Translations under genes and position numbers: made by a program | Notes under the pieces: generated by a model | Databases searched by the model: none | What the model saw: only the letters and a program-made list of their open reading frames with translations | What the model was told of the DNA's origin: nothing | Shown here: positions 12,101 through 22,664 of the stretch, piece by piece | Position numbering within the stretch: the stretch's first letter is position 1 | Layout: the number at the start of each line of letters is the position of its first letter | Assembly: GCA_037447605.1 (NCBI GenBank) | Contig: CM074814.1 | Span: 1,364,001-1,428,000, forward strand | Origin: Zygnema circumcarinatum SAG 698-1b | Taxonomy: Eukaryota; Plantae; Zygnematophyceae | DNA: 64,000 bases | Reading direction: 5' to 3'

Positions 12101-13788
12101 CAACGCCGGCAGGGGACCAACTTTAAACCCACGTCTTCAGACAGTCCCTCCTCCCCAGCGCTGAACCCTTCGCCCTGGCCACATCCCTGGCAGGCGTGCA
12201 GAGGGCACTGGAAAAAGCGCTGCATCCTCACATTGTCGGCTATGTGGTTCCGCGCTCTTACAAGGGCGTCGCCTTCAAGAAGACTCTTTCCTGCCTCCCT
12301 CTCCCACTTTCGCAAGAAGGCAGGAACAAGTTTCTCTGCTACGCAACGAGGGTGATAGAACTTTCCGCACAGAGCCGCATCGCACAAAAACACCTGTTTG
12401 GACAGCATGACAACGATTCTCTCCCGAACGTTAGGTAATGGAAATGAAATGGATTTCATAGCTATGAATTGAAGGCTTGCAAACGGTTCTCTTCTGGTGG
12501 CTAATAAGCGGAGGCGTCACGATGGAACAGTTTTGCAATCCTTGATGATTTTGATGATAAGATTTTGCGAAGGGATTCTGAGGTGTGGTGATTGATGCCA
12601 AGCAAAGAAAGGCAACAAATAACAGTTGCGCTTGCCTCTTGCTCGCCGTCTTCAGAAGTCGATCTCCCCAACTTGCCGCATACAAAGCATTGGTGCTGCT
12701 TGTAAAGGCAATTGTCACAGAGAAACTCATCCTTCTGAAAAGTAAAATCCCCAAGTATGCACATGTGAAGTTATGAGTGAAAAGTATAAGGTTGCACTCT
12801 CATCTCCGCTTGAGAGACGAAAGGAAAGGATCCACATGAACACACATGCCATGCATGGGGATGACATTCTCGAAACGTATCCACTTCCTTCTCAACTAAA
12901 CCATGGATCTGACCATCACTCCTTTACACAACATCCCTTCGAACCATATGAGTAAAAAGTAATCCTTTCGCCTGACCCGGACTCAGCACATGCGTCCAAG
13001 GAAGAAATCGCATTTTGTCTGCACTAAAAGTTCCCGGAAGCTGACCTTTTAATCAGTCACAAAAGAACTAATCTTGGAGAGCGGAGGGTGCAGGAGAGCT
13101 GCCTGAACTTACCGGATTCTCTTTCAGACCGATGGAGGGACAGTCTCTCTCGGGGTCAAGCAAGGCGTGAAAAGAGCGCAGGCAGGGGCCATCGCAGCTG
13201 CAAAGGAATCGAACTCACTACTTCAGGGCCCTTCCAACACACTTATGACCTGAATACCTCTTCAACACAGAGAATGTATGATGACGCTTATTTAAGCCAG
13301 AATGATTCAAAACAAGCGATTGATGTCTGTTTGCTTCGGCTTTCAAAAAGCAGACAAGCAGGAAATGTGTATGCTTTTGAACACAGAAAAAGCAACATGC
13401 CTATGCCACCACGGTTACAGCGGCTAACCGCTGCTCCTCGTCAAAAGCCTCACGCAAACCTCAACAAATGTATGGATCTTCCCGTCTCTAAAATTGGAAA
13501 AACGAGCATTAGAACGTGTACATACCACAACAGCTCGCCGCCGTCATCGCAGATGGCGCACACGTTGTCCCCAAACTCATCGTTCTGCGGCTCCGTCGCC
13601 TCCTCCAACCCCTCCTCCCCCAACAGAGACTTGCCCCCATTCAACGTCACGTTTGCGCCTCCGGAGCTTTCAGTGCCGTTAGCCCTCCACCCGTCTCTCT
13701 GCATCTCTCTCTCAGGCAACGTCGCTTCCACTGCCGTCGCTTCCTCCTCCTCTGGCCAGTTGCGGGAACTTGAATTGTTCATATACAT
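6101..13788 (-). CDS. EDM2: ENHANCED DOWNY MILDEW 2-like protein (tandem PHD fingers plus C-terminal N6-adenine-methyltransferase-like domain)
   Basis: About 14 exons. PHD region: VCAICDDGGELLC-DGPCLRSFH, CDNCLYKQHQCFVCGKLG, FLCDAALCGKFYHPRCV, CPLHACQGC, VPCRRCPRAWHVKC, then THKIRPDTRTPERDHLKWP. C-terminal region: RVYLAPFLHGSRYTSYGRHFT, LVDMCCGSNDFS, FKNFDIFP, GLNPPF, FRPKLIVLIVPPET, FYLPGSV. Pro/His/Gly-rich tail ends at 6101; likely ATG at 13788. Confidence 0.9.
9852..9904. repeat. 22-bp tandem repeat in EDM2 intron
   Basis: CCATGACATAGCCATGTAATGA x2.4. Confidence 0.85.
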
Positions 13789-15029
13789 CGATGCTTCACG
13801 ATGTTCATGAACGCTTGTGGTTGAGGATCTTTGTGGAATGTTTGTTCCCTGCACAACTCAGAACCCACGAGGTGATAACGAGAGATTCAATGACGTGCCG
13901 GGTGTGGAAGGGGGAGCATTTAAGTTAGAGAACAATTCTCCATAAATTCTAGGATTGGCTAGAGGCCAAAGATCGTAATACTGAACAGAGATCGTTTCGG
14001 AAGTTTTAACACTTCCACTATTTTAAGCAGAAGTTTGAACATTGCCATACATTCAAAGGAACTCAAATGCTGTTATTCCAATGACTGGTTCCTGCAACAG
14101 GTGATTTCTACATCCAGGCATGGCCGTAACTGAAACACAAAGGGTAGCAGCTCTCACCGGCAAAAGTAGAAGGCCTCAAACGAATGACAGCCCTCCCTTC
14201 TGGTCTAGCCCACTCGGCTAGGGCCACAGTTGCGGCTGTGGTGTGCTCACAACTGTCTTCCCTAAAGACGGTCGCCCTTTCACGCGTCCTTTCTGAAGAA
14301 CAAACTGATCTTTCACATCCTCCACTGAATCTCTGCAACTCTTCGTTCGGGCAAAGTGTGTTTGTTCAAGGGAAAGCGAAACCTTTGGGACCTCTTTTGA
14401 CCTTCGAGCTGGCCATTTATTTGACTATCCCTCATTTCCCCGCTTGCATAGAGAGGACATGAAATGGCAAGTGCCCTCTCCTGTCCATCACTTCATTCGA
14501 TATTGAACGAAAGTTGTAACCCACGGAGCTGTCCCAGGGACAAAAAAAAAACACTGGGTGGAGTGCTGTGCTAGTTGCCTCGCCTTGATTAGACCTTGTT
14601 GGCAAACGAGTAATGCATATATATCCAGCTCACAACACATGCATCCTCTCCGGTAGCGCTCGCTCTCCGTCCTCCACAGAAACGGAAGCAGCAGCAGCAG
14701 CAGCAAAGTGAGGACCAGCTCCGCTATAGCCGACGCTCAAGCGGCGACCAGAGGGCGACCCTGCAGGACGGTCGGGCGGCGGCACTGCCAGCTGTACTGT
14801 ACCACCGTCAAATGGCGAATCGCACGTAGGCAATTGTGTACACGTGGCTGGCCGCCACTGGTATGTGCTTTTTGCCCGTGGTGGGGAGCGAGCCGTGGCG
14901 GGCGGGCGGGCGGGCGGAGAGGCAGTCCCTCTCCCTCTCGCTGCTGCTGCGTCACGTCTGTCCCGAGGAGGGCATTTGTGGCTTCCCATGTTCTTGTTTG
15001 TGTTGTGGCCATGCATATGCAGTAGTAGC

Positions 15030-15180
15030 TCATGGCATGGCATGGCATGGCCACAACACAAACAACAACAACTAGGGCCACGCCATGCCAACTTTTCCAG
15101 CCTTTGGCTGGTTGGTTAGCTGGCTGAATGGCTGGTTGGTTGGCTGGTTGGTGGCTGGTTGGTTGGTTGATTGGTTGGTT
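15030..15180. repeat. Simple-repeat cluster: (ATGGC)n, (CAA)n and degenerate (GGTT/GGCT)n
   Basis: catggcatggcatggcatgg at about 15031-15050 and ggttggttagctggctgaatggctggttggttggc... at about 15105-15180, in the EDM2/DUF1853 divergent intergenic region. Confidence 0.8.
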
Positions 15181-15828
15181 GGGCTTGCAAGGTGGCGAGG
15201 ACGACAGCAGCACGAAGTCAGCGAGCGGCTGTGCGGGTGTGCTGCAACGGCTAAGTACTTGTGGCCGTACTGTACGGCGTAATGTACGGAGGCGGGCTTC
15301 TTGGAGCGGGCTGCGAGGCTAACGTCGGCCATGGCCATGGCGGGCTGGGGCTGGAGGAAGGGAGGGAGGAAGGAAGGAAGGAAGGCCTGTGGCTTGCAAC
15401 CGCTGGCTGGCGGAGTTGTGCAGCGACTGCAGCAACAGCTGCAGCACAAGTAATTGATACTGAATAGGCATGTTAATGACGATTGATACGACGAAAGGTC
15501 CTTGGTCTGTTCGTTGGATCTGAGCGGAGAGTCCCAAAAGTTATTTCATCTTGGAGGAAGGGTCCGTGCGAATGCTATCTTTGCGAGTGCAGGTCGACCT
15601 GCCAGCGGTGAACACAATTTCCTAATGGAAATGTAAGAAAGGAAGTGCAGCAAGTGCAGGGACAAATTGGTGGCTGTCTGGATGCCAAGCTACGCACTCG
15701 GCCATGGAGCATTTGCTGCCAAATGGATGCAGATGGTGCGTGCAGGAGGCTTATCGCGAAAAGATAGCATATGTCTATATTCTGGTGTTTGCTGTCACAG
15801 GCGAGCATGGTCGTTATCGTTAAGGTCC

Positions 15829-18800
15829 ATGAATATTCGTCGAAGACCAGCAGCTGAATCTAGTGAAGAAGCGATGGAGAAGCCTGCAGCCTCTAGCAGG
15901 CACTCAGACAAGGAACCGAAGCAATGGAGTCGTGACGAAGGAACTATTTTAAGCAGGTTCGATCACGTTGAGCATGGTGATGGTGGAGCAAGAAGCGTAA
16001 GTGGGTATGGAGACGAAGGCAGAGAGCGAGGCAGAGATAATCAACTTGAGCCCTTGCGAAGGCTGTCAGAAGATGGAAATCTTGGCAGTGTGGACCGAAG
16101 GCAAGCCACAAACAAGAAGGAAAGGAATCCCGGAGAAGAATTGATAGAAGAAGAATTGGGGCAATGGAGCGCAGCAGACGGCTGGAAGAAAATGTTTGCT
16201 TTTCCGAACAAGTAAGCAATATAAGCTCTTCCTTTTACTCCACTTCGGATGTGCCGAAAGTCATTCAGCTCGTTGCAGGGTTATTCCTGGTAGTACGCTA
16301 GAAGCAGTTGCATTGACATCTTTGTCGGGTCCTTATAAAAACATATCCCGTCGCTTTCATCAAGGGGATGTAGCTCACATGGTAGAGCGCTCGCTTAGCA
16401 TGCGAGAGGTACGGGGATCGATACCCCGCATCTCCATAATTTAAATGTTCATGACGTTTGTCGTTTTAGTCATTTCCCACGATGCTCATCATTGTGTTAG
16501 AGATGGAAAACGAAAGGCATCTTCTTCCGGCATGGAGATCACAAATAAAGTGATGAAAGGTATGCATCAATTCAGAGATGAAAAGATGGAAGAATGTTAT
16601 TCTCTTCCACGCATTTCTGAGTTTGTGGATTTTCCAAATGTACTGCACTTTGCAGCATAATGTCCACTCAGTCTGAACCGCTAGAAACGACCTCGTATGT
16701 ACTTTTTCTGAATCGTTTTCAAGTAAAGTAGACATTTCAATGTAAGTTTTGCCCTCAGTAAGTTGCCCAAGGTTGATCCAGTTGCTAGCGATAGATTACT
16801 TTTCCCTTTCTTCTCCAAAGAAAACGCGGGGGGAATTGCTACCATGTACACGCGTCCCTCCTGTCCCTAAAGAAAAAGAAGAAGCCTGATTCTTGCCGCA
16901 TTTGCAGCAAAATCCCATTGGAGTCCTTATCAGCACTCAGCGTGGCATTCAAAGATACGTACAAACAGGACTACTTTTGTCGTTTGCCCCACATTACCTC
17001 CTATTGAGCTCACTTCATATTGCGTTCTGCAGGCTAATACGCGATGTGGCCTTTGTGGTCTTTTGCCCGCAGCTGTTGTTGAGCTCCCATGAGGTGAGTG
17101 GTTGATGATCAGCTAAATTTCTCAGCTGTTGGTGTTCGCCTTTTCCATGTTGCATGCTCTCTGGGGGGGCTGCGACAGCCTTTTTTTTTGTCTGTGAGGT
17201 CGCCTATCTTGCTATGACAAACCTGCTGTTCGTTGGCAGGCAAGGACGCAAGGAATGCTGAAGACTGGTATTGAGCATGTTATTGATGAGAGTGGCTTCT
17301 ATCATGAGACGTCCAATCTAGTCTTGTTATCCCATTTTTTCAACTTTTCCCTTTTTGAAACGCGTTGTCTCCAGTTTTACCATTGGCCTGCTTCATGCCT
17401 TGAATGCAGAGTCGCTGAGGGATGAACAAGCTGAATTCACCCTCTTGTTAGCTTGCTTTCGTTTGTCCTTTCCATGAAACTGGGTTTCTCGTGCTGGGCA
17501 TTCTACACCTAAGTGCTGAAACTCTTCTTCTTTGTATTCTGAAAGCTGCCTACAGTAGACGATTCCTTCTTTCGCACTCGAACGACCCATGATCGCTCTG
17601 CGCTTTTGGAATGGTTAAAGTCACTTTGCCCTGATGCAGTAGAAGAGTGGTTTAGAAACCGAAGGCGAAGTGCTAGGCTTGGTAAGTTGCTCTTAAGAAT
17701 CCTTACTCTTTAACTGCACGGTATGGTTCATTTTTTTACGCAATTCTCACTTGCTTGCATCACTCCATGAACATCGTGCAAACCGTTGCAGTTGCCAGCC
17801 CAAGGAGTTACACTTTCATCATTCACTATGTTGACTTTGCGTTTGGAGAGCAGGGCTATATTCCTTAGATTTGAGAGGGCATTTCTGATTATAGCGCAGG
17901 AGGGGTTTTTCCAGGAGATCACTTTGCCGACTGTGTGGAATATGTGTTGCGTTTTGGCCCAAATGTTCGGCCACAGCAGCTGCAGGTTTCTGTCCAGGTG
18001 CACTTGGAAATGTCTCCTGCTGAAACCTCACAGCAGGAGGGCATGGGAGTTGGAAACCAAATGCCTCCATACTCTACGGGAAAAGGTGTTGCCACAAAGC
18101 TGCCTATTGTATGGGAAACTATGGGTACAAGGCTTGAGAATTGGGAAGCGAGCTGGGAGGATGTCTGGGCAGAAGAAACCCCTACAGAGGAATGCGGAAT
18201 AGATGCAAAGGTAGGAACAGACTTGGAGACCCAAGTGCCGAATTCAGTGACATTAAGGGACAGTTCTGAAGATTCTTCAGGTGTCTGTCAGGAACAGTTG
18301 ACTCAAATGGCGGCCTGCGAAGGAGATGATCATGTATCTTTAAGTATGGCAATGGAGGGGTCCACATGCGGTAGCAGCGAAGAGCCAGTATGTGAAGCAA
18401 TACTTGAGTCAGATATTTCAAAGTCATTGCAACAGTCTGTCAGCGAACACTTTAGGTCCGCACGAGGAGACATGAGCCTGACAAGTTTAAAAAAACTGAC
18501 CAGACGGGAGAAGAAAAGATTCTGGAAGGAAGTAAACAGTAAGAAGAAAATGACAACTGTTGGAGAATTTGATTTGCTCTTTCGCCTTCCCCCCGATGTT
18601 AGAAGCAACAGCATTGTGATGAGAACTCAAGATGGTCAGAATAGCAAGCAGTCTTCGGAAAGTCAGAGGGAGGTGACCTGCTCGGAGTTATCATTGTCTA
18701 TGAACAAGCCGCGTGTGAATGAGCCTCTCGGACCTGTTCATCATTGGGAACTAACTGTGAAGTTCTTACTTTATGTAGGACCGTGGGAGGTCTTAGGTCT

Positions 18801-20172
18801 GCCTAGCCCTCGTGCAAGTGCAAGAAAGTGTGGGTGCTTATTTCATTGCAGCTCTCAACGTTCTAAAGACTTTGGAGAGGATGATCGGTTTGCGAAGATG
18901 ACGAGGAATGAGGAAGAACGACTTTCTTCCAGTGAAGTGAACTCACATAACGGAACTTCGAATGAGACAAGCGAGGAGGAGATTCAACTTAGGCAAGAAG
19001 GTAGTATTTTTAGGCATTCAACGCATGGTTGGGCGAGAGATGAAGTTCTTGGATGGTACTTGGGACCCCATTTGGGAGAATCTCTTTTGGATAGAAAGGA
19101 ACGCCTTATGCGGCAGCTTAAGTTGGCAGAAACTCCTCTCGGAAGTAAGCATTTGAAGGGGCTTTATCCCCAGCTTGAAACAGAGTGCTGGAAAGACATC
19201 ATGGTGAGAGATGACTCGCTGAAAGATGCTAAAATTAAGGAATGCAAAAGTAAGGTCGCCCCTGAAATTATGCAGGATTTAGAGATGGTAGATCCGTACG
19301 AGGAAAGGGAAACTCTAGAGAGTAGCCCTGTAATTTCTGTAGCCCCCGCAGCATTTTTGCAAGGATTTTTATTCTACGAGTACCCACTTTGGGTGCAATT
19401 AAAAGGCCGCGGCTTTGGATTGGAAGGTCAGCCTCTGCAGGACCGATACAAGGAAAAAAATAACTTGCAGTCCAACTATGAAAAAGAGGAAATGGGTGCT
19501 GAATTGGAGGAACAGCACGGTATCTCGGATGCAAGCGGGATGGGTACTCCCTATCATGAAGAATCCCGCAAACTGCATAGAGACTCGTCAGGCGATAAAT
19601 CGGTTCATGTCAAAGTTGCGGGTTCATCTCTACAGATGAAACCACTTGTGAACCCTAATCACTGGTCTGGTTGGTGGACATGCGACCTCCATCGATTAGT
19701 GACGTTGCCAGAGAAAAGGGACCGACAGTGGTACATCATTCCAAAATTGGAGTGGTTGTCTCCCGTTGTGCTACTTGGGAGTGATGCAGAAGCTTTCAAG
19801 AAGGTGCTGAGTGCTGAGCAGCTGCTTGAAGTGACCTCCTCTGTGGCAGCAGAAGCTCGGAGCTTCCAAACCTTCCGAAAGCAGCGCTTCCTTCTCGCCG
19901 AACTTGAGTGGCTAGAGACGTATTCAGAAGTAGAAGGCTTTTTGGGGAGTGAAAAGAGACAATACGCATTGGGAGATAATGAGGCAGAGCCTCACAACAG
20001 CATTCATGGAGGGCAACGATGTGAGTCTGCTTCACTCCTTGCAGGGGCCTGGGTTGAGGTCAGTCGAGGGTTTGCTGTAGAAGCAACATGGCCAGATAGT
20101 AAGGATTATAGGCCACATGGGTTTGTGCCTGCATGGTCTCCTGCGCTCAGAAACTTGGACAGGAATGGGTAG
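15829..20172 (+). CDS. DUF1853-like protein (putative PD-(D/E)XK-like nuclease fold) with large low-complexity insertions
   Basis: Frame-consistent exons 15829-16211, 16656-16694, 17033-17093, about 17240-17267, 17556-17681, 17915-20172. Ordered motifs LIRDVAFVVFCPQLL, LEWLKSL, RLGDHFADCVEYVL, TVGEFDLLF, HHWELTVKFLLY, YLGPHLGESLLDRKERL..QLKL, FLQGFLFY, GWW, WYIIPKLEWLSP and RGFAV..WP match the bacterial DUF1853 pattern as I remember it. The start (15829 vs 16660) is uncertain. Confidence 0.7.
16364..16436 (+). tRNA. tRNA-Ala(AGC)
   Basis: 73-nt cloverleaf GGGGATGTAGCTCACATGGTAGAGCGCTCGCTTAGCATGCGAGAGGTACGGGGATCGATACCCCGCATCTCCA. Anticodon arm CTCGC-TTAGCAT-GCGAG; upstream TATAAAA at about -30 and CAA at -3. 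Confidence 0.95.
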
Positions 20173-20769
20173 CCTCATTGCAGGTATGGGTCCATATCGG
20201 TGGCAGCGGTTATCCTTATCGCTGGGAATAGAAATAGCTTACATATCTACAGGACTAGCTTGCATGTACAGCGTCTATTTCATAACGCAAGAAGGGGCTT
20301 CCAGCACTTCTACATGTTTGGTTGCAGATGTAGAACTTGGAACGCCAGTTACGTGATCTGGATAATTGCAAATTCGTGGATTATTTTCTCATTTTTTTGC
20401 ACATCAAACTTATGATGCAAATGGTGGTGTCTTTCCCTCCTGATGATATACTCTATACAGCAGTTTATGTCGTAGCAACCAGAAATCACGCTAATAAACG
20501 AAGGTTAGACTTATCGAGACTGGACTGGACAATGTCCTGTTGTGCACTGCTGCAGTGCTGAGGGGGGATAGGCAGTGGTCTCACGATGGCGATGCCATCG
20601 AAGTACGCGGACAAAGCCAAGCTGTAGAAAGTGAACCAATGTGAAACGGTCACAAATTACCCATAACAAATGAAAATCAGCGGTAGGGACTCTGCTCCTG
20701 GCAAGAACAGGCAGGAGGAGAGTGGGGCTGGTTATGTGACAAATTAAAAAACACAATTACCTCGGCTCA

Positions 20770-20843
20770 GGCCTTTTAGCTCAGTTGGTTAGAGCGTGGT
20801 GCTAATAACGCCAAGGTCACAGGTTCGAGACCTGTATGGGCCA
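20770..20843 (+). tRNA. tRNA-Ile(AAT)
   Basis: 74-nt cloverleaf GGCCTTTTAGCTCAGTTGGTTAGAGCGTGGTGCTAATAACGCCAAGGTCACAGGTTCGAGACCTGTATGGGCCA. Confidence 0.95.
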
Positions 20844-22427
20844 TATCATGTTCTGCCCCAACGAAATTTTCGTCTGCGAGAAGCATTGGCCACACGCAGA
20901 GGGAGAGTGCCGTACCGTACGGTCAATAAAATGCCTCGATACATTGATACCTCGACTCTTCGATACGATACGATAGGGGAGCCATCGGGTCGACGAAAGT
21001 GCGGGGCTTTTTGACGACCTCGTCCAATTGACGCCAAACGGCGCTCGAGCAAATCCAGCCGTCCGTCCGTCCGTCCGTCCGATCTCAAAGCCGCGTTCCG
21101 TTCCAGCGCCCTCTCCGGTCCGTACGGCGCAGCACAGCGCAGCGCCCAGGCGGGCGACGGCGGCCAAGGGCGCGGTCACCGACGGTCACCGCGGTGTTTG
21201 CACATGCCGTACCGCGTGCCGTACAGTCGCCGTCAGTTGACACTCTCGCCAACAGCCCAACACCCGCCGTACACTTGATGCCATGCACTTGATGTTTGAA
21301 AGCACACATTATTGTGTGATCGGCGAGTCACTGCGTGCAGGATTTGTATTGGCGGGTTGACTAAAACGATTGGTATTGCACCGTTGTCTGTTGCGTCTTT
21401 GTGCAAAATTGAAGAGTAGTCCAAAGACATAGAAACCGCACTCAAAATGGAAGGGCATGGCAAAAATGGACTCTCTCATGGCTTTTGACATTGTCGCATA
21501 AGCGAAGAGCCACAGAAGCTTTGTTAGTTCGCCAACCCGTTTCTGGTAGCAATCCACTATTTCTCTCACTCGCGCGTGCTCTTTGTTCACAACCTCTAAC
21601 TTTTGCCTCCTAATATATCTTTCGAGATACTCACGGCCTTAATAGAATCCACACCGAGGACTACTGTGCACACCCACTATGTATGGTTTGCCATTGACAC
21701 GGTGTGAAGCATTTCGAACTATCCTCATCACCATTTGGGAAAACCATGGTGCCGCGTCTTGAATGTCCTCCCACAAAGGGAAACCCAAAAAACACTTCAT
21801 GAAAATGTTTGGTATGGTGATGCAGTAGATATTTTTTTATGCCATTTTCAACCATTAGATGATAGACTACCCTATCATTCCGAATCACTCTCAGTCGCAC
21901 AAGTGTTGTGTTCTTAAATTGAACATCACTATCAAATTGTGACGTGTCTATGTCATCGTTTCAATCGTGATCTACTGTGTCCAAGCCGTTCCATGCATGC
22001 TTGAACAGGTGCGCATCCAATCTCAAAGAATCCCAAATGCTCCTCCCCCCCGCCACCTGTTCCTTAGTAAGATTGCAACTTTTTCACTTTCGAGTCAAAT
22101 TGTCAGTCGCGACACGGTAGCCGCCACTCCGCATCTATCTATATCTTGCAGTCCCCCTCCTCCGCCTTCACTTCCCTCTCCTCTCTCCCTCCCTCCCTGC
22201 CCGTCAGGGTTGGGGGCGCGTCGCCGTTTACCTGCAATAAAAAGGTGCTTTTTAGCCCCCCTTGCCCCCATCCTCCGAGCGTACGGCCGACTTCGGCCGT
22301 ACGACATTGCCGTACGGCGGGGCACTGTGGTGCGCGGAGGATCATGGTGATCGTAGCAACCGTCCTCCGCCTGTACGCCGCCTTCGGGGCTGAACGAGGG
22401 CAAGGGCAGAAAAAAAATTGACAGATG

Positions 22428-22501
22428 TGGCCCATACAGGTCTCGAACCTGTGACCTTGGCGTTATTAGCACCACGCTCTAACCAACTGAGCTAAAAGGC
22501 C
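22428..22501 (-). tRNA. tRNA-Ile(AAT), identical to the copy at 20770
   Basis: Exact reverse complement of 20770-20843, with a T8 terminator about 10 nt downstream on the minus strand. Confidence 0.95.
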
Positions 22502-22664
22502 GATCTGTGGAAGTTTTGCCATAGTATTATTTAATTTTATAAATTGTTCGATTCCTCGCCCTACCGTACGCCCCGTGGGAGAGCCAGCCAGCCAGGCGAG
22601 CAGGAGCAGGCGCGCCATGGCGTCCTGACAAACGGGAGAGAGGGAAGCGGCGGCTGGAGGCGCC

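Noticed and set aside
12540-12582. C/D-box-like TGATGA...CTGA motif
   Set aside because: Antisense to the host intron, no terminal stem, and no rRNA guide recognisable.
13088-13810. 240-aa plus-strand ORF
   Set aside because: Antisense to EDM2 exons 1-2 and intron 1; no motifs.
17640-17681. VEEWFRNRRR resembling homeodomain helix 3
   Set aside because: Helices 1-2 are absent. The segment runs directly into the RLG-x-F motif of the DUF1853-like protein.
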